Below are positions 58,246 to 64,000 of a stretch of DNA of 64,000 bases, piece by piece. Position numbers and translations under genes: made by a program. The stretch is taken from NCBI RefSeq assembly GCF_009914755.1, contig NC_060930.1; one strand, written 5' to 3'. The notes beneath the pieces are model-generated. The model worked only from the letters and a program-made list of their open reading frames with translations. It was not told the DNA's origin and made no database searches. Within the stretch, counting starts at the first letter, position 1. Each line of letters starts with the position of its first letter. This DNA comes from the human T2T-CHM13v2.0 reference genome, Homo sapiens.

Positions 58246-58826
58246 CAACCCACAGCCCTCCTTCTGCACAGCGGTAACCCAGCAGGGCCATCTTTGTTTC
58301 AGAAGCACCCATATTACAAAGAGCTTGAGTTATTCTGGGGAGGTAAGGTAAAGGAGAGAAGTCATACTTCAATGGCAGTGAGACTTTGCCTAGAAATCTA
58401 CAAAATAACATTACTCTGAGTGCTAGAACTGTAAGTACTTCCATCACTCTGCTATACAGCCTTTTCTAAATAAGCATTAAAGGATATAGGTTTTCGTCTA
58501 ACATCAATTTTTTTTGATATGTTGTGCTTTCTATTTGCATTCAGCTCAAAATATTTTTAAAATTCCCCTCGTGATTTCTTCTTTGACCTGTGGATTATTT
58601 AGAAGTATGCTGTTTAATTTCGAAATATTTGGGGATTTACTGATTTCTAGTTTAATTCCGTTGTAATGAGAGAACACTGTATGATATCAATCATTTTTAA
58701 TTTTGGTCTTATTTTAGGGCCATAATATGGTTGATCTTGGTGGATGCTTCCTGTGCCCTTCAAAAGAATATGTGTTCTGTTGTTATTGGGTAGAGTGTTC
58801 AATAAATGGCGGTTAGGTCAAGTTAG

Positions 58827-59144
<318 letters not shown>

Positions 59145-59449
59145 CAAATCTTTACTGGCTTTCTTTGTACTTGCTCTATCAATTACTGGATGTTGAAATC
59201 TCCAACTATAATTAAGGATTTGTCTACTTCTTTTTTCAGTTCTGTCATTTATTTTTCCCCTTCCTGTGTTTTGAAGCCCTGTTCCTGGGAAATCCACATT
59301 TAGGACTGTTATGTCTCTGGATGAACTTGATTATTCTCTTTGTCCTTGATAATAGTCTTTGTTCAGTAGTCATCTTTGTCTGAAATTAATATGACCACTC
59401 TAGCTTTCTTTTCATTTGTGTGCACACGGCATAATGTTCTAACCTTTTT

Positions 59450-59753
59450 TGTTGTTGTTGTTTGTTTGTTTGAGACAGAGTCTCGCTCTATTGCCCAGGC
59501 TGGAGTGCAGTGGTGCGATCTCGGCTCACTGCAAGCTCCGCCCCCCAGGTTCAAGCCATTCTCCTACCTCAGCCCCCTGAGTAGCTGGGATTACAGGCAC
59601 TTGCCACCACGCCCGGCTAATTTTTTTGTATTTTTAGTAGAGACCGGGTTTCACCGTGTTCTCCAGGATGATCTCCATCTCATGACCTCGTGATCTGCCT
59701 GCCTTGGCCTCCCAAAGTGCTGGGATTACAGGCGTGAGCCACCGCGCCCGGAC
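59450..59753 (-). mobile_element. AluY-like
   Basis: gcaagctccgcc, caccgtgtt...caggatg, gacctcgtgatc. TSD taat(g/t)ttctaaccttttt. Confidence 0.93.
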
Positions 59754-61287
59754 TAATTTTCTAACCTTTTTAACTTTTAACTTATCTGTGTCTTTAGTCT
59801 TTATATATAAAGTGGGTTTCTCATAAATAACATAGAGTTAGGTCTTGTTTATTTCTTGAAGCAACCTAACAATTTCTGCCTTTTAATTGGTGTGTTTAGA
59901 ATATTTACATTTAATGTGATTATTGATGTGTCTGGGTGTAAATCTACCATCTTGCTATTTGTTTTCTATTTGTCCCATCTGTTCTTTGTTCCCTTCCCCC
60001 CTTTTTCTGCCTTCTTTTGGATTGTGTATTTTTTGTGATTTTATTTTATTTCCACTACTGGTTTAGACCTTTATGTTTTATTTATTTTTAGTAGTTGCTC
60101 TAAGGTTTATAGTATATGTGCTTAACTTACCACAGTCTGTTTTTAAATATTTTACCACTTCACGTAGAATGTAAGAATTTTACAACAGTATACTTCAATT
60201 TCCTTCTTCTGTTCTTTGTACTATTGTTTTCATATATTTTATTTCTGTTTATGTTACAAAGCCCATAATACCCTGTTAGTGTTTGCATCAAGCAGTCAAT
60301 CACGTTTTAAATAAATTAAAAATGAGAAAAAGTCTCTTACGTATACCCACCTATTTACCATTTCTCACACTCTTTATTCCTTTTTGTAGATCAACATTTT
60401 TTTTTAATCTAGAATCATGTTCCTTCTGCTTGAAGAACTTCTGTTAACTTTTCATGTAATACTTGTCTACTGGTGATAAATCCCCTCAGCTTTTATTTAT
60501 CTGAAAAAATTCTCTATCTGTGTTGTGGAAAGATATTCACTGGGTCTGTAATTTGAGATTGACAGTATTTATTTCCCTTGCAGCACTTTATAGACAGTGT
60601 TTTACTGACTTCTACCCTGGATGGCCTGATGACATCTTGGTTCCTTTGTACATAAATTGTCTTCTGTTATATGGCTGATTTTTAAGATTTTCTCTTTATC
60701 ACTGGTTTTCAGAAATGGTTTTATCATGTGCCTTGGTGTTGTTTTATTTAGGTTTCTTCTGCTTGAGGCTCTTTGAGTTTCTATCTGTGAGTTTATAGTT
60801 TTATTTAAATTCAGAAAAATTTGGTCATTACTTCTTCAAGTCACTTTTTGGCTTTCCTCTTTCGTCACCTCCTTCTGGGTTTCAAATTACCCATAGGCTG
60901 GACTTCTTTATATCTCACGCTTCAGTGTTTTGTTTTGTTTTGTTTCCTCTCTGTGTTGTCTCATTTGGGCAAGTTTCTATTGCTAAGACATCAAGTTCAC
61001 TAATATTTTCTTTTTCAGTATCTAAACTGCTGTTAATACCATCTAATGCATTTTTCATTTGACTAAAAGTTTCATTTACTTATTTTGTGTGTCTTTCATG
61101 TATTTCCTTCTCATGCTCATGCTTTTCTTTGTATTCTTGAGCATATATTTATGATTTATAATACCAATTGTAAGGTCCTTTCCTTAGTCATTCTATCACC
61201 TCTGTTATTTCTGAGTCTGTTTTTATGGATTGATTTTTCTTTTAGTTATGAGTTATTTTCCTACATCTTCAAATGCTCACTAATTTT

Positions 61288-61393
61288 TGAGCATGCAAAG
61301 ATGCTGTGTGCTGGATTTTGTTATATTCCTTTTTAAAAAGTGAGCACGCAAAGATGCTGTGTGCTGGATTTTGTTATATTCCTTTTTAAAAAG
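61288..61393. repeat. 53-bp tandem duplication (2 copies, 1 mismatch)
   Basis: tgagca(t/c)gcaaagatgctgtgtgctggattttgttatattcctttttaaaaag x2. Confidence 0.95.
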
Positions 61394-61930
61394 TTAGATT
61401 TTATTCTTCTGTGCAACGAAGTAACTTGCAGATCAATTTGATCCTTTTGAACTTTGCTTTCAAGCTTTGTTATGGTGGATTCAGACAGGCCTTTATTTTA
61501 GGATTAATTTATCCCCTCCTAAGACACATTCTTTTAAGAACTCTACCTAATACTCCATATATTATGAGGTGACTACATTCTGGTTCTCCAGCACGCAAAC
61601 TTTCCCCAGCCTTGTGTAAACTGGTAATTTTTTTTCCTGCTGCTTTCCCATAGTTCTTTCCTTGCCTTGGAGGTTTTCTTTGTACACAAGCAGTTCAGAA
61701 CTCAGCCAAAGGTTAGAGAAGACCCCTCTGTAGATCTTTGGAGCGCTCTCTCTATGTAGCACTCTCTTTTCCAGTATTTAGCCCTGAAAATTTAGATGCC
61801 TTGGCCTTCCCAAACTCCAATCTCTGTCTTCTAAACTCAATGAGATTGTTGGACCCTATTTGGTAGCCCTCTCCCTAGGCTGCCACGTAAACATATAAGT
61901 ATCCTTCCATTTGTAAAATACATAGCATAG

Positions 61931-62353
61931 TGTGTTAGTTTCCTAAATCCGCCACAAGTGGATGACTTTAAACAACAAAGTTTATTCTCTCATAGTTCAG
62001 GAGGCTAGAAGTCTGAAACCAAGGTGTCAGCAGGCAGTGCTCCCCCTGAAGACTCTAGGAAGGATTTTGTTCATGCCTTTCTCTGAGCTTCTGGTGTTGC
62101 TGGCAATCCTTGTCTTGTAGAAGCATCACTTCCATCTCTACCTCGGCCATCATAGGACATTCTCCCTATGCCTGCTTATGTGTCTCTTTTTCTTCCCTTA
62201 TGAGGACATTAGTCAGATTGGATTAAGGGCCCACCCTACTCCAGTATGACCTCATCTTAATTATATCAACAAGGATGCTATTTCCAAATAATGTCACATT
62301 CTGAGGTTCTGGGAAGGACGTGAATTTTGGGGGGACACTATTCAACCTAGTAC
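61931..62353 (-). mobile_element. MLT1B/C-like LTR
   Basis: tgtgttagtttcct...aggctagaagtctgaaaccaaggtgtcagcagg...ttagggcccaccct-like block...gggggacactattcaacct. Confidence 0.85.
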
Positions 62354-63694
62354 CTATGGCAACTGTGAGTCCCAAAGTTGCTTTGATCCCTTGATAAGGA
62401 AATTCTTTATGCTGAGATAAGACTAGTTTCAGATATGCTGCCTGCATCATTTCCAGACTGCTCTCCCTACGTCTCTGCACCCTACCTGGTAATCTGTGAG
62501 TGTTCTTTCATAATTATACAATGTATCCACAGCTTCATCTTCATAGATCAGGAATGCCCATTTCCTTGCAGGTTCCCTGTCTATTCCTGAACTTCAGGGC
62601 AGTGAGAAAATTCCATCTTGTGTGCCACTGAATGCCCTTCGTAGCTTCAGTCATAACTGTTCATCATCACTCTCTCACCCTGCTAAAATGCCCACTCTGA
62701 AAGTTTGTCTATTTCAGAATCTTGCCTCTAATTATCTTCACAAGTTTCCTTTGTGATGCACTGCCCTAGAAGTGGCTCATTTTCCATATCAAAGTTCTGC
62801 AGATGAGAAACAGAATTATAGTAGATTACTCTTGCTAGTAGAGAAGAATGCCCCTGCATGGGGAAGATGCCAATCAAACATAACATTTTCCGCAAACGTT
62901 TTGCATATTGCCTTATGTTATAGTCCAGCTTCTTTCTGGAAAGATGACAGTCCATACGGGCCCCAGCATCTTTGTGAATTCGTACTGAGAATGTGAATTC
63001 GCAGATTGAGTAGCCACCAGACTTAGACAAGTGATCTCCCAGCTATCCAGGCAAGGAGCTGGATAAAGAGATGATGATGGTCACCAAGGTCAGAAATAAC
63101 TGGCAGAATCAGGAATAGATTCAGTGAGTTTTGGCTCACAACTCACCACCAGGCATTTTTTTTCAAGACAAAGAAATCCATCTGGGTTTCTGTTGGGTCC
63201 TTGCAGGACCTGACTAGATTTGTGTTTGGAAAATTGCCATACCAACAACTACGGTTTGCAACCAAGCCTATTTAAAACAAGATCAACAAAACCCCTCTCT
63301 TCCCTACAGTGCCTTGTGGTATTTGAGTGTTAATTTTGACTTCTTTTGAATAGCTGTGGTGGCAGTGGCTAAAGGGTGAAGCTTTAAGATGCCTTAGAGG
63401 ATCAGTCATAGAAGGCGGCTTGCCAAGCCTGACACCGAAGAAAAACGCAGCCCTTGGGTCCGGCTGTGCCTCGCAATTCTGGCATCCAGTCTTTTCTCTG
63501 ACCCAACCACAAACCCCTTCACCCTCTCTCCACCCCCTTCCACATGCTCACACGCACATGAGGTGCAGCCACTGTCCCCTTCTCTGTGTGCTCCCTTGTC
63601 CACGGATGCATTTGTGGTTGGAGGGGAGTCGGTGCAGCCATGGTAGAATAGAGGTCCTCGTGTAAGACTAACATGAGTGGTCTATTTACTCATC

Positions 63695-63815
63695 TGTGCT
63701 GCCCACTAGACCAAGAGCTCCTAAGAGCAGAGACTGTCTTATTCTTGTTTATATCTTCAATGTCCAGCACAGTGTCTGCTCAGGACAGCCATTGAATTAT
63801 CTCCTGAATGGTTAG
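63695..63815 (+). mobile_element. L2 3' terminus
   Basis: cactagaccaagagctcctaagagcagagactgtctt...ccagcacagtgtctg. Confidence 0.7.
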
Positions 63816-64000
63816 ATGGTATAAGGAAGGCTTCCCTTAAAGAATATCTTGCCGCTGTCTTGGGATTTGACATTCAATGAATCAGGAGATGATTCTTGAA
63901 GTTTCATATCCGTTAAGTTCCTCATTACCATGTATGTATGTATGTATGCTTGATACTAGTAATATCATCAATCTTACCAGGAACGTGGTGTCCCCAGGAA

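Overview
Primate (most likely human) genomic DNA at the 5' end of BMP6. The only protein-coding sequence I can support is BMP6 exon 1: ATG at 31692, phase-1 donor after 32355, encoding the signal peptide and N-terminal prodomain. It sits in a CpG island of about 2.6 kb. Positions 1-30.5 kb are upstream intergenic DNA and 32356-64000 is the first part of the long intron 1; no downstream BMP6 exon was recognised. The rest is a dense mosaic of Alu, L1, L2, MIR, MaLR/ERV1 solo LTRs and hAT/Tigger MITEs, many nested and with readable target-site duplications (TSDs). The other ORFs in the track are repeat-derived, GC-rich shadow frames or chance ORFs. I found no novel gene system. The best leads are: (1) a compact translational-control layout at the BMP6 start (three uORFs, and a G-quadruplex motif with the AUG in a loop); (2) an 18-bp palindromic TATA-like element upstream; (3) two motif clusters resembling endothelial/bZIP enhancers, plus forward CTCF-like sites; (4) small recent rearrangements (a 136-bp near-perfect duplication making a three-arm Alu, a 53-bp tandem duplication, an inverted Alu B-box, a tiny orphan TPRT insertion). 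Repeat subfamily names come from recalled consensus sequences, boundaries of old repeats are approximate, and all motif calls were made by eye.
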